Origin: an uncultured Verrucomicrobiae bacterium
GTDB taxonomy: Bacteria; Verrucomicrobiota; Verrucomicrobiia; Chthoniobacterales; JAFAMB01
Reading direction: 5' to 3'
DNA length: 64,000 nucleotides
Assembly (NCBI GenBank): GCA_963813025.1
Contig: CAWEXO010000001.1
Coordinates: forward strand, 1-64,000
Shown here: positions 19,128 through 29,435 of the stretch, piece by piece
Numbering within the stretch: the stretch's first letter is position 1
Layout: each line of letters begins with the position of its first letter
The notes under the pieces: model-generated
Told to the model about the DNA's origin: nothing
Database searches by the model: none
Seen by the model: only the letters and a program-made list of their open reading frames with translations
Made by a program: the position numbers and the translations under genes

Positions 19128-19958
19128 ATGTTTAAGCAACGCGACGCGATCATCCGGCTGCTCAAGGACGATGACCCCCAAACCGTCAGCTTGCTGAAAC
19201 GCCAGCTGGCGCTGGGTGGCGCCGAAACGATCCCCGATTTACGGGACCTCTTGACGCTCGACGATCGCCAGGTGGCTTTTCATATTCGTGAAATTCTTAC
19301 CCAGATTGAGCGACGGCACGCACGGGAACGCTTCGAAACGCTGTGCAGTCAGCCTGCTGCCACTTTTGATCTGGAAACCGCTTGCTGGCTTTTAGCGCAG
19401 GTTTTCCTTCCAGAGGTAGCGATCGACAACTATCGGCGGCTCCTGGATAACTGGAGTTTCCAAGTGGGGCATCGTCTGGCCGGGACCTTCAGCGAGATAC
19501 AGCGAGTTCAGATCCTTGGTCAATTTCTTGGAAAAGAACTCGGATTTCGCGGCAACTCCGACGATTATTATAACTTTCGCAATTCTTTGTTGCCTTGTGT
19601 TATCGATTCCCGCCTGGGCATACCAATTTCACTCTCAGTGATCTACATGCTGGTGGCTCGCCGGGCAGGCTACTTATTGGAAGGCGTGAATTTGCCCGGG
19701 CATTTCGTGCTGCGCCACGGCCCAGTCTTTTTCGACTGTTTCTATGGCGGGCGCGTTCTTTCGACGAAAGATTGCGCCGAAATTCTGGAGCATCAGAAAC
19801 TGAAATGGAGTCTCAGCCACCTGCAGGTCGCGCAGCCGAAACAGATTTTGATCAGGATGCTCGCAAACCTTCTCTGCATTTTTGAAGGCGGCGAAGAGCC
19901 AGCACTGAGCTCTTTGGTAAAACACTGGATTCAGTTGCTCGAACCCGCGCGGGGCTAG
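19128..19958 (+). CDS. SirB1 / transglutaminase-like family protein
   Basis: GFRGNSDDYYNFRNSLL, RLGIPISLSVIY, GVNLPGHF, ILIRMLANL. Confidence 0.88.
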   Translation: MFKQRDAIIRLLKDDDPQTVSLLKRQLALGGAETIPDLRDLLTLDDRQVAFHIREILTQIERRHARERFETLCSQPAATFDLETACWLLAQVFLPEVAIDNYRRLLDNWSFQVGHRLAGTFSEIQRVQILGQFLGKELGFRGNSDDYYNFRNSLLPCVIDSRLGIPISLSVIYMLVARRAGYLLEGVNLPGHFVLRHGPVFFDCFYGGRVLSTKDCAEILEHQKLKWSLSHLQVAQPKQILIRMLANLLCIFEGGEEPALSSLVKHWIQLLEPARG

Positions 19959-19965
19959 CCGTGCT

Positions 19966-20230
19966 AGGAGTCCAGGAGTCCAGGAGTCCAGGAGTTGCAG
20001 GAGTTGCAGGAGTTGCAGAAGTTACAGGAGCTGAGGCATTGGACGACTTAGTCGCCTCGGAATAATTCTGTGAAGAGCTTCCACCTGATCAATAGCGATT
20101 CCAAGCGGTTCCCTAACACTTCCGGATCCAAACCCCTGGCTAGCGTCGCCAATTCCTGGAGCGACTTCGAAAATCGCGGTACTCCTGCAATTCCTGCAAC
20201 TCCTGTAATTCCTGGACTCCTGAACTCCTG
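19966..20230. repeat. inverted CAGGAGT(CC/TG) tandem-repeat element, family D copy 1
   Basis: Left arm (CAGGAGTC)n(CAGGAGTTG)n at 19966-20032, inverted right arm at 20181-20230, ~150 bp unique core. Confidence 0.85.
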
Positions 20231-20245
20231 ACACCTTCTCCCAAA

Positions 20246-21475
20246 ATGCCCCGAGTCGAAGTCATTAATACCGGAACGGAACTGCTCTTCGGCAGCGTGA
20301 TCAACACCTTGCTGGCCTATCTTGGGCAGCAACTGTTCGCGCTCGGACTCAGGATCGACCGGCAGACGACCGTGCCGGACGGACCGGCAATCGCCGAAAT
20401 TTTGCGCGAGGCGTTTCAGCGGGGCGGGATCATCCTGGTGACTGGTGGCTTGGGGCCGACGTCCGATGATGTCACCCGGGAGATCGTCTCCGACCTTACG
20501 GGACAGCCCCTCGAATATCACCAGGCAATTTTTGATGCGATCCAGGCGCGTTTCATTCGCCGAAACATCAAGGTGACATCACGGATTTCGCGACAGGCGT
20601 TTGTTCCGCAGGGAGCCGCGGTTCTGCCAAACGATTTCGGGACGGCTCCCGGCCTCTACCTTCCCTCGCAGGGTACACACCCTCCCCTCTTTCTGTTCCC
20701 AGGGCCGCCACGGGAGCTGAAGCCAATGTTTGACAACTACGCTCGTCCGATCCTCCTGGAGCTTGCCGGCAACTCCGATCTGGCGGCGCAAACCTATCGA
20801 ATCACGGGCCAAGGAGAATCGTACGTCGAAGAGGCTGTGGGAAACGATCTCGCGGCGTTCGCTGGTCTGGAGGTAGGTTATTGTGCCCGGCCGGGCGAAG
20901 TGGATTTGCGCCTGATCGCTTCCCGGGCAGTGGTCGACCAGGCTGATGCTCTCGTCCGCCAAAGGCTTGGAGAATATCTGATAGCCACCGGGAGCGAAGA
21001 AATGGAGGAAGTCGTGGTTCGACTCATGGCCGGCCGCCAGCAGACCTTGGCCATTGCGGAGTCATGCACCGGCGGCCTGATCGCCGACCGCCTGACGAAT
21101 GTTTCTGGCGCATCGAAGATCTTGCTGGAGGGAGTGGTAGCCTATTCGAACGAGGCCAAAACTCGCACTTTGGGGGTCTCGGCCGGGTTACTGAGCAGGG
21201 TTGGCGCAGTCAGCGAACAGGTTGCCGCCGCCATGGCTGTGGGAGTGCGAGAAAGGGCCGGAGCGGGTTCCGGTCTTTCAACTACAGGCATCGCCGGGCC
21301 GGAGGGCGGCACTCCGGACAAACCGGTCGGAACGGTTTTTGTTGGAATTGCTCAAGCCGGCCGCGAAACGATCGTGCGAGAACTCTTCTTCCCGATGGAC
21401 CGCATCTCGTTCAAGCGCGTCGCCAGCCAGTACGCGTTGGACCTGTTGCGGAGGGCGGTACTCAGCGGGGGTTAA
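20246..21475 (+). CDS. cinA: CinA / NMN deamidase-related protein
   Basis: GTELLFG, TGGLGPTSDD, PGPPRE, AESCTGG, TTGIAGPEGG..KPVGTV. Confidence 0.95.
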   Translation: MPRVEVINTGTELLFGSVINTLLAYLGQQLFALGLRIDRQTTVPDGPAIAEILREAFQRGGIILVTGGLGPTSDDVTREIVSDLTGQPLEYHQAIFDAIQARFIRRNIKVTSRISRQAFVPQGAAVLPNDFGTAPGLYLPSQGTHPPLFLFPGPPRELKPMFDNYARPILLELAGNSDLAAQTYRITGQGESYVEEAVGNDLAAFAGLEVGYCARPGEVDLRLIASRAVVDQADALVRQRLGEYLIATGSEEMEEVVVRLMAGRQQTLAIAESCTGGLIADRLTNVSGASKILLEGVVAYSNEAKTRTLGVSAGLLSRVGAVSEQVAAAMAVGVRERAGAGSGLSTTGIAGPEGGTPDKPVGTVFVGIAQAGRETIVRELFFPMDRISFKRVASQYALDLLRRAVLSGG

Positions 21476-22053
21476 GGGGGAAAGTTCAGTACCGACCCCC
21501 TGTGACTCCTGAGACTGACTCCTGCACCAGCACTAGCACTAGCACTAACATCGGCACTAGCACTGGCTCCCGCATTGGCAGCCGCGCTTCCCGGGAGAGT
21601 TCTGACAAAATGCACCAAATTCCAGATGTGTTCGTCGGATTCCACTCGGCCAAACGCGGGCATCCCGCTCAGACGAATCCCGTTCTTTATAATCCAGAAC
21701 AGTTCGCGATCGGAGTATCTTTGCACCCCGCGCGAGGTGAGATCCGACGCGCGCGGATACATCCAGCGACCGGCGTCGGTCGGATCGCGGCCATTGAGGC
21801 CATGGCACGCTGCGCATTCAGTGCCGAAGAGTTTGTCTCCCTCTTCGATGCTCGCTCGCAGATCAGTGGGCGCCGGAGGAATACCGGTGCGGCTGCTCCA
21901 CCCAATCAGGATGTGTTTTGCGCGGGACGCCACAGCCGTTTCGAAATGACCGGGCTCCTGAAGCGCATCGAGCTTTATTTGAGTAAATCCCACAAACAAC
22001 AGCGCGAGACCCAGCAGAAGCGCCGCGAGTACAATCAGAATCCAGCGCTTCAT
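21472..22053 (-). CDS. c-type cytochrome (single CxxCH)
   Basis: N-terminal TM, CAACHG, WIIKNGIRLSGMPAFG; Ala/Ser tail encoded by a hexamer repeat at 21524-21567. Confidence 0.85.
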   Translation of the reverse strand: MKRWILIVLAALLLGLALLFVGFTQIKLDALQEPGHFETAVASRAKHILIGWSSRTGIPPAPTDLRASIEEGDKLFGTECAACHGLNGRDPTDAGRWMYPRASDLTSRGVQRYSDRELFWIIKNGIRLSGMPAFGRVESDEHIWNLVHFVRTLPGSAAANAGASASADVSASASAGAGVSLRSHRGSVLNFPP

Positions 22054-22132
22054 CCCGAGTCCTGTCGGAGCGCTATCCGGAATCCGGGAGAGGGTCGGCT
22101 ATGCGTTCGACCCTCTCACCACGGGCAGAAAC

Positions 22133-22501
22133 CTACGCTGCCGCTTTGATAGCGGTGACGTGGATCGTCCTGGTAGCCTTATCCAAAGATCCTGTGACCT
22201 GCACGCTTTGCCCGGCAAAAGGTTCCGGTTTTTGCTGGTCGTCCAGTTGGTAGAATGTCTTGGATCCTTTGTTGAAGAGAACAAACTTACCACCCATCTT
22301 CACACACGCTAAGGTGCATGCCTTCGGGTCGTTGGTTCCCTCCTTCTTGAACATCGCCTCGTGTCCGCCCATTTTGGCACACTGACTGTCCATGATTTCA
22401 CCGCGGAAGGTCATGTCCTTGGCTGCGGCTAAGCCTGGCATCAGCAACGCACAGGCACCGATACTCATGATTAGTTTTTTCATTTTTTCTCCTCGGTTCA
22501 C
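22133..22501 (-). CDS. small secreted OB-fold-like protein (DUF5818-like)
   Basis: Signal peptide, GEIMDSQC...CTLACVKMGGKFVL...VQVTGSL. Confidence 0.65.
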   Translation of the reverse strand: MNRGEKMKKLIMSIGACALLMPGLAAAKDMTFRGEIMDSQCAKMGGHEAMFKKEGTNDPKACTLACVKMGGKFVLFNKGSKTFYQLDDQQKPEPFAGQSVQVTGSLDKATRTIHVTAIKAAA

Positions 22502-22700
22502 TACGGCGGAAGGCGCTCCCAGTCAAAGGCTTGCAACGATCTGGCCGTCGGATCTATCGGAACGTTCTCGCGGCACCCGAAGTCGGTATGGGCAAGCTCT
22601 GGGCAAGCTCCTGCTTGACCATTTGATTGCGGGCCACCTCTCGATCTGGACGAGCAGAGCTCATCCCTACCGGTCCTCGTCCTTAAGACCACGCCGAAAG

Positions 22701-22784
22701 CGGCTCAGATTCATTCGAGCCTCGGGCGAGAACTTGTTCGAGCCAAAGCTTCAGCGGACGCGTCAGATAAATTCTCGCCCTACC
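22701..22784. repeat. GTAG-type REP element, family B copy 2
   Basis: Shares TTCGAGCC-N-GCGAGAACTTGTT and AATTCTCGCCCTAC with 14771-14889. Confidence 0.65.
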
Positions 22785-22830
22785 AGCACATGACGCGTCA
22801 ATACCTCAGATGCACTCCCCCCACGCCCTG

Positions 22831-24306
22831 TCACGCCATCAGGTGGAGGACCGCTTCCTGCGAAAACTCGCTGTGCTGGAGCTCGCCCGTCACAAATCCA
22901 ACGCGCATGGCCACGATTCGACGACTCAGATTCAAGAGTTCGGGTAGCTCCGAGGAGATCATCAGAATCGCGAGGCCTTGGCAGGCCACTTCGTCCAAAA
23001 GCTCGTAAATTTCTGCTTTCGCCCCAACGTCGACTCCCCGAGTCGGTTCGTCGATGATCAGAAGATCGCAACTGCGTAACAACCATTTCGCGAGTGCGAC
23101 CTTCTGTTGATTTCCGCCACTCAAGCCGGCCGTGATCGATTCGATCGAGGGCGCTTTCACCCGCAGCCTCTTGGTCAACCTTTCGACCTCGCCGGTCTCG
23201 CGCGCGCGATTCACGAATCCAAGACTGCTAAATCTGTCGATGTGCGGAAGCGAAATATTTTCGGAAATAGACATGCCCAGGACCAGCCCTTCTTTCTTCC
23301 GATCGCCCGGGAGAAACCCGATGCGCCGGCGCATCGCTTCATTGACGTGGCCCAGTCTGAGTTGCTTGCCTTTGAGGTAAACATCTCCGGCCGCTCGGGG
23401 ATCGAGTCCGAAGATGGCCTTCGCCACATCGTTGCGCCCTGCCCCGACCAAGCCGGCCATACCCACAATCTCACCCCTGCGAACGCTCAAAGAGACGTTC
23501 TCGAATTTTCCCGGAGAGGTCAGATGTTCGACTCGCAGCACTTCCTCCCCAGGCTCGAGGTCCAGATGCTTTGGCCGGGTGGTCAATACGGCGCGTCCGA
23601 CCATCTGACGAATGAGACGTTCCCGGCTCGTTTGCGACGCCGGTTCACTGGCAACATGCCGGCCGTCCCGCAATACGGTGATGGTGTCGCACAGCCGAAA
23701 AATCTCATCCATCCGATGAGATACATAAATCAACGCGACACCGCGCGCCTTTAGACGGCCGATGAGTTTGAAGAGTTGCTCGCTTTCGTTCACCGAAAGC
23801 GAACTCGTCGGCTCATCGAAGATGATGATCCGAGCGTTCACGCCGACGGCCGCCGCGATTTGCACCATTTGTTCATGACCGGTGCTGAGTTCCGCGACCG
23901 GGGTGTCGACATCGATCTCCGCGCCGATTTCGCCCATCAGACTTTGTGCTCGCTCCGTGAGCTTTTGCCGATCGACGAAACCGGACCGGACCGGCATAGA
24001 GCTGAGTTGCAGATTTTCCGCAACTGAAAGATTCGGGCAGAAGGCTAGTTCCTGATGAACCAGAGCGATCCCGAGTCGCTGAGCGGCGAGCGGGTCAACG
24101 GGTTTCACTTCTTGACCCTCAATCTTGATCACGCCGTGGTCCGCAGTGTAGACGCCGGCAATAAGTTTCCCTAGCGTGCTCTTTCCCGCGCCGTTCTCGC
24201 CCATCAAGGCATGGATCGAACCTTTCTCGAATTCGACGGAAACGTCGTCGAGTGCCCGAACACCCGGAAAATTTTTGGAGATGTGTTCGACGGAAAGGAA
24301 AGCCAT
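22831..24306 (-). CDS. sugar ABC transporter ATP-binding protein (RbsA/MglA type)
   Basis: GENGAGKST, DEPT, LSGGNQQK, DEPTRGVDVGAK. Confidence 0.95.
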   Translation of the reverse strand: MAFLSVEHISKNFPGVRALDDVSVEFEKGSIHALMGENGAGKSTLGKLIAGVYTADHGVIKIEGQEVKPVDPLAAQRLGIALVHQELAFCPNLSVAENLQLSSMPVRSGFVDRQKLTERAQSLMGEIGAEIDVDTPVAELSTGHEQMVQIAAAVGVNARIIIFDEPTSSLSVNESEQLFKLIGRLKARGVALIYVSHRMDEIFRLCDTITVLRDGRHVASEPASQTSRERLIRQMVGRAVLTTRPKHLDLEPGEEVLRVEHLTSPGKFENVSLSVRRGEIVGMAGLVGAGRNDVAKAIFGLDPRAAGDVYLKGKQLRLGHVNEAMRRRIGFLPGDRKKEGLVLGMSISENISLPHIDRFSSLGFVNRARETGEVERLTKRLRVKAPSIESITAGLSGGNQQKVALAKWLLRSCDLLIIDEPTRGVDVGAKAEIYELLDEVACQGLAILMISSELPELLNLSRRIVAMRVGFVTGELQHSEFSQEAVLHLMA

Positions 24307-24307
24307 A

Positions 24308-24412
24308 AGGGGCTAGGGGCTAGGGGCTAGGATTTAGGAGCCGGAGCTGGGAGGAAGGAACCAAATTCCTGTTATGCCGAATTCTAGATCCTACATCCTA
24401 GATTCTAGCTCC
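24308..24412. repeat. (AGGGGCT)n / inverted CTAG-containing heptamer element
   Basis: GGGGCTA x3 plus variants, then inverted ttctaga/tcctaca/tcctaga units. Confidence 0.65.
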
Positions 24413-24449
24413 TTCCATCCCACCCGTCCCGGTCGAGACAACAAGCTGC

Positions 24450-25415
24450 CTAACTACTCTTACCCAGCCATTTGTCCCATTTTTTCGCGAATGCCTCGGC
24501 GTCCGCTTTGGTCACCGGAATCAGAGCTGCTTTAATGAACGTCTCTGCGGGCTTTTTATTGTTGGCGACGGCGTCATAGAGCAGGTCGACTGACGTGGTA
24601 CCCCACTCATAGACTTGCTGCGCCAGCAGGATCTGCACGTGACCATCCTTCAGGTATTGGAGCTGTGCCGGAAGCGCGTCAACGGCAACAACCTTCACCG
24701 CACCGGGCGCCCATTTGAGCGCGTTATCGGTAAAGAGTGGCCAGCCGCCTACCATCGCCCAACCACCGATCTGTGGATTGGCATTCTGCACTTGTTCAAC
24801 CTTTGCCGCCGCGTCCTGAGGAGTCTCTTTGTGGTAATAAGTGTCAAGAATCTTGATTCCGGGATAGTTCTTGGCTTCCTCTTTCACGCCCTGAACCCGT
24901 TTTTGCAGGTTAGGAGCGTTTTGGTTTCCAGCCAGAATCGCTACGGTCCCCTTCTCGCCCATCGCCTTAGCCAATTCGGACATCACTTGCTTACCGCAGG
25001 AAAGGTCGTCCGTGCCGAAGATCGCCATCCGTTTACTTTTGGGAGCATCGGAATCGAAACAGACAACCGGAACGCCGCTATCGACCGCTTTGTTGATCGC
25101 GTCGGTAAGTTTGTTCGCGTCGGAACAGCTGATGGCAATACCGGAAGCGCCCGCGTTCACGAGTTGCTCAATGGCTTCCACCTGCTTTTGCGCATCCTCT
25201 TCATTGGGGGTGCGCCAATCGATTTTGATGTCGACACCGTTCTTTTTGCTGAGCGCCTTTGCTTCGTCCTGAGCGCCGGTCTTCGCTGCTTGGAAAACGG
25301 GGTTGTTGTTTGATTTGGCAATCACACCAAATACATACGTCTTGCCCGCGGCAAAACCGGTTGCCCCGGCCAAGCCGAGAACGCTGATAACTGCTAATGT
25401 TGCTTTTCTGATCAT
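24450..25415 (-). CDS. sugar ABC transporter substrate-binding protein
   Basis: Signal peptide, NNPVF, GVPVVCFDSD, type 1 periplasmic binding fold motifs. Confidence 0.92.
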   Translation of the reverse strand: MIRKATLAVISVLGLAGATGFAAGKTYVFGVIAKSNNNPVFQAAKTGAQDEAKALSKKNGVDIKIDWRTPNEEDAQKQVEAIEQLVNAGASGIAISCSDANKLTDAINKAVDSGVPVVCFDSDAPKSKRMAIFGTDDLSCGKQVMSELAKAMGEKGTVAILAGNQNAPNLQKRVQGVKEEAKNYPGIKILDTYYHKETPQDAAAKVEQVQNANPQIGGWAMVGGWPLFTDNALKWAPGAVKVVAVDALPAQLQYLKDGHVQILLAQQVYEWGTTSVDLLYDAVANNKKPAETFIKAALIPVTKADAEAFAKKWDKWLGKSS

Positions 25416-25439
25416 TGTTTTTTTGGGGTTGAGGAGAGG

Positions 25440-26597
25440 TCAAGGTTTGGCTGGCACCGGAGTGTCAATGGACGCCGCGACCTCTTTCTTAGCACGCGCT
25501 GTCGCCGCCAGGAGTCTTCGATTGGCCAGGTAGCGATTGAGTTGATCGAGCAAGACCGCGGCAATTACCACGACGCCGGTCACAATCTGGCTGTAGTTCT
25601 GGGGGATTCCGAGGATCACCATGCCGGTAGAGATCATTCGCAGGATAATTGCCCCAAGCAAGGCGCCCAGCGCGGTGCCCTTCCCGCCAGCCAGAGAAGC
25701 GCCGCCGACAACCGCCGAAGCGATAACGTCCAGTTCGTAGCCCTGACCATCTCCGGAGGACGCCGCGCCGTAATAGCCAAGTGCGAGAACCGCCGCGATA
25801 CCGGCTGTCAGGCCGCTGATCACGTAAACCGAAAGTTTGATCCGGCTAACCCGAATGCCGCTGTAGCGGCTGGCCGTCTCGTTACCGCCAATCGCGTACG
25901 TTTTTCGACCAAGGGCCATCCTCGAGAGGTAAACACCTGCCACAACGCAAACGATGACCATTACAATCAGCGGGATCAGGCTTAGATCTCCCACAATTCC
26001 TTGCCGAACAAAATTACGAAAACCTTCCGGAAATCCGCCGATCGATTGGCCTTGAGTCAGCACAAACGCGATCCCACGATAGATTGCCATCGTGCCCAGG
26101 CTGATGATGAATGGATGAACATTGAAACCGACGATCATCGCGCCATTCAGAAAACCGGCGAAAGCCGCAACCACGATTGTGGTCACCACTCCGAGCAAAG
26201 CTCCGCCCGTACCCCCTTGAGACCCGAACTGAGTTAGAACCATCGATCCCACCACGGCAGAGATAGCGTAAATCGAGCCGACCGAGAGATCGATACCGCC
26301 CGTGATGATGACAAACGTCATCCCTATAGCCATGATCGCGAAGAAACTTGTGTCCTTGGCAATCTGGGTGAGCGTCTCCGGGTTGAAAAACTTATTAACG
26401 CTCTCGAAAGCAGGCACTTGCTGGCCTGCCTCATTTTGGACCATCACCCGCGTCCGTTTACCGTCGGGTCCAGCCTGAAATTTCGGACGTTGAATACTGC
26501 CGCCGAAGATGGTCAGAAGCAGCCCCAGGGCGACAATAACCACGATCAGGCCGCCTTCGGGGAACTTTGAAAAACTGAATTTTCCGGGGAGAGCCAT
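25440..26597 (-). CDS. sugar ABC transporter permease (RbsC type)
   Basis: GMTFVIITGGIDLSVG, AIGGNE.ASRYSGI, YELDVIASAVVGG. Confidence 0.95.
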   Translation of the reverse strand: MALPGKFSFSKFPEGGLIVVIVALGLLLTIFGGSIQRPKFQAGPDGKRTRVMVQNEAGQQVPAFESVNKFFNPETLTQIAKDTSFFAIMAIGMTFVIITGGIDLSVGSIYAISAVVGSMVLTQFGSQGGTGGALLGVVTTIVVAAFAGFLNGAMIVGFNVHPFIISLGTMAIYRGIAFVLTQGQSIGGFPEGFRNFVRQGIVGDLSLIPLIVMVIVCVVAGVYLSRMALGRKTYAIGGNETASRYSGIRVSRIKLSVYVISGLTAGIAAVLALGYYGAASSGDGQGYELDVIASAVVGGASLAGGKGTALGALLGAIILRMISTGMVILGIPQNYSQIVTGVVVIAAVLLDQLNRYLANRRLLAATARAKKEVAASIDTPVPAKP

Positions 26598-26660
26598 TAC
26601 ACCCTCATTCCTCTCGCCGATTGGCTGAGCTTGTCAAGACGTTGACGATAAAAAGGGGTC

Positions 26661-26800
26661 CCAGGAGTTACAGGAGTTACGGGAGCCCAGGAGGGGCGTT
26701 TCGCCACAAAGAGGAGTCAAAAAGTTCACGCGGACAGTTCGGGCCGAAGCGTCTTTGGAGTGCGCGCCACTTCCTGGACTCCTGGACTCCTACCTCCTGG
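26661..26800. repeat. inverted CAGGAGT repeat element, family D copy 2
   Basis: CAGGAGTTA units on the left, CTCCTGGA units on the right. Confidence 0.7.
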
Positions 26801-26803
26801 AAT

Positions 26804-27403
26804 TCAGTTCACCACCTTCACCGCAGTGCCGACTTTTACGTGCGTAAAGATCGCGGCCGCGACATCGGGCGTCAGCCGAATACAGCCATGAGAAGCCGGA
26901 TAGCCGGGCAGAATCCCGATGTGCATGCCAACTCCGTCATTCGTCAGTCGGCAAAAGTAGGTCATCGGCGCACCCTCGAAATGCGTGCCGCTCGGCGCCG
27001 AATCAATCACCGCGCTCACGCCGGCGCGTACTATCCTTCCCTGACGATCCACAAAATTGCCGTACACATTCGAGCGATGATCTTTATCTTTCTGGATCAC
27101 GGTAAAAGATCCGGTGGGGGTCGGTCGCGCTTTCTTTCCCGAGCAGATCGGACCATCAACCGCGGCTTCGCCCCCCGCCAGGACATAGACTCGTTGCCGG
27201 GAGAGGGAAACGACTACGCTGGCATTTTCCGGCGAGAGTCTGGCGTAAGGATCGCGGTAGAAGGCCGCGGGCGCTTGCCGATAGATCAATTCTTGAGGCT
27301 TTGCCATCCTCGGCTTGAAGAGCTGAGCGTCGGCGAAAGCCGCCAGCCCGAGCGACCAGCAGACGATCAGCAAAAAGTATTTCGGTCCGGTCAACGCCAT
27401 CAT
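26804..27403 (-). CDS. L,D-transpeptidase (YkuD family)
   Basis: PTPTGSF, GMHIG..PGYPASHGCIRL. Confidence 0.9.
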   Translation of the reverse strand: MMALTGPKYFLLIVCWSLGLAAFADAQLFKPRMAKPQELIYRQAPAAFYRDPYARLSPENASVVVSLSRQRVYVLAGGEAAVDGPICSGKKARPTPTGSFTVIQKDKDHRSNVYGNFVDRQGRIVRAGVSAVIDSAPSGTHFEGAPMTYFCRLTNDGVGMHIGILPGYPASHGCIRLTPDVAAAIFTHVKVGTAVKVVN

Positions 27404-27650
27404 GCAGCGAAACGCAGCTGCTTCAGGGATACGGGATTTGAACCATGCGAATCAATGGAAAATCTTTTTTCGAGCAGTATGGGCCGGTGCGCCTCTCGAT
27501 CAGGTCGGGCGTTTGTCGCAATCAAGTGTCAGCTTGATGACAAACGGAGGTCAGAAAAGAACTCTGACGGAAACCTTGAGCCGGACGCCCAAATCCGACA
27601 ATGAAAGCTAGCCCGAGTGATCGAAACGAAGAAAATAAAGGGAGCAAGCG

Positions 27651-29093
27651 ATGCCAAGCGCACGACAGCGGCGAGCATTTATTCTGAGCTGGGGAACCGC
27701 TCTGGCATCGTGGCTGTTTCTGGCGGCAACTACCGACCGGTCAGTGGCTCAAGCCGAGCCCACAAGCCCCAACGAACCAGGATCCACCGATCATTCGTGG
27801 CGTAAAGAATTAGCGGATCGAGGTGTCACCTTCGGGTTTCAGTGGGATGCGGATGTTTTTGCCAACGTTCGCGGTGGTCTTCGCCAGGACTATGCCGCAA
27901 GCGGCCTGCTTCAGCTGAACATCGATGTCGCGCTGAAACCGCTGCTAAATGTCGATTGGCTTGACGAAACCACCTTCCATGTTTCCAGCTATTACCCATA
28001 TGGCACCGATATTTCGAAATACGTCGGAGACATTGGAGGGATCAATGACTATGCCGCTTACAACAGTGTTCGCCTCTATGAGCTTTGGCTCCAACGCGGT
28101 CAGCAGATCGGGCCGGTCCACCTCTCCTTGCGAATCGGGTCGATGGGCCTCGACCAGGAATTTGCAATCAACAACACCGTAACAAACATCTTCTTTAACT
28201 CTTCGTTTGGAACTCCCCTGGCTATAACCGGAAATTTCCCGGTAGGCGTCTATCCATTCACCGCACTCGGTGCGCGTCTGGAACTCAGCACCGGCAAGCC
28301 GGAGAACATGAAAGTCTCGTGGCGATCGACGGTTGTCGACGGGAATTCCGGACCGCCGAAATTTGAACCCAGCTCAATTGGCGCCCCGACTTCGTTGTCG
28401 TTCAACAAACACGGCGTCAATTTTCCTCTGAATCCTGGCAAAGGATTGTTCATCATCAGTGAAGTCTCTTTCGATTTATTAAAACGCGAGCTGAGCGATT
28501 CGACTCCGCCGCGCGGAGGTGGTCGTTTTTTTATCGGGCCGGCCCACGTCATTTTTGGCGGTTTTTATGCTACGAACGAATTCGAAGATCAGTACGAGGT
28601 CCGTTTAAACGAATTGGGTGTGCCAAACGCGCCCAGGACGCCTCGCCGGGTCGGTGGAAATTACGGCAGCTACGTGCTCTATGAACAGAAAATCTACGAA
28701 GACGCACCTCGCTCCGGCTGCGGTCTCACGCTTTTTGGTCGGGGGACGTTTTCTCCGGACGATCGCAACGCGGTCCCGATTTCCGCCGAGACTGGAGCCG
28801 TCTATCGGGGACTATTCCGGAGAGAGAGTGCAAGCAGAGACAGTTTCGGTATCGGATTTATTTACAATCGGATCGGAGATTCGACCCGTCGGGCCGACAG
28901 GGCCGCCTTGTCTGTAGGATTGTCCCCGAGCCTGGATCTTAATTACGAGTCTGTCCTGGAAGCCACCTATCAGATTCCGGTGACACCAAATCTGCAATTC
29001 CAGCCGGACCTCCAGTTTGTGCTGCATCCGGGAGGCTCGGTCCAAAACGAGAACGCACTTGTTCTTGGGTTCAGCGTCATCGTTACCTATTAG
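27651..29093 (+). CDS. carbohydrate-selective porin (OprB family)
   Basis: RLYELWLQ, ESVLEATYQ...FQPDLQFVLHPGG, terminal aromatic residue. Confidence 0.85.
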   Translation: MPSARQRRAFILSWGTALASWLFLAATTDRSVAQAEPTSPNEPGSTDHSWRKELADRGVTFGFQWDADVFANVRGGLRQDYAASGLLQLNIDVALKPLLNVDWLDETTFHVSSYYPYGTDISKYVGDIGGINDYAAYNSVRLYELWLQRGQQIGPVHLSLRIGSMGLDQEFAINNTVTNIFFNSSFGTPLAITGNFPVGVYPFTALGARLELSTGKPENMKVSWRSTVVDGNSGPPKFEPSSIGAPTSLSFNKHGVNFPLNPGKGLFIISEVSFDLLKRELSDSTPPRGGGRFFIGPAHVIFGGFYATNEFEDQYEVRLNELGVPNAPRTPRRVGGNYGSYVLYEQKIYEDAPRSGCGLTLFGRGTFSPDDRNAVPISAETGAVYRGLFRRESASRDSFGIGFIYNRIGDSTRRADRAALSVGLSPSLDLNYESVLEATYQIPVTPNLQFQPDLQFVLHPGGSVQNENALVLGFSVIVTY

Positions 29094-29435
29094 TGCACCG
29101 TCTCATATATGCCGGTGATGTCGGTTGCGTTCAAAATGGGCCGGCGGCCGTCGTTGCTCGTCGATCACGTATCGCTTCAGATATGCTCCCTCCTCGCGCC
29201 TTGCCGACGGCCCATTTTGAACGCAACCTTCTGGGCCGCGGCCAGTTGGCTGTTTTTAGGCGTTGCTCGCTCGGCCCGTATGAATCCAGATATGGGCACT
29301 TCGCTCGCGCCTTGAAAAACAGCCAACTGACCTGCGGCGACGTCATCGTTATATATGAGACGGCGCACTAGCAGAATTCTCCGGCTACGCCGAGAGTTCT
29401 GCTGCTCTTTTTGAGGAAAGCTTGAGAAGAGTTCG

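Noticed and set aside
4486..27604. Long alternative ORFs (4486..5352, 7569..8348, 15249..16046, 21064..22149, 26621..27604)
   Set aside because: Antisense or off-frame shadows of well-supported genes in GC-rich DNA, with no recognisable motifs.
29093..29435. Short ORFs between the porin and the MBL hydrolase
   Set aside because: Overlapping small frames with no motif or clear SD; cannot be supported.
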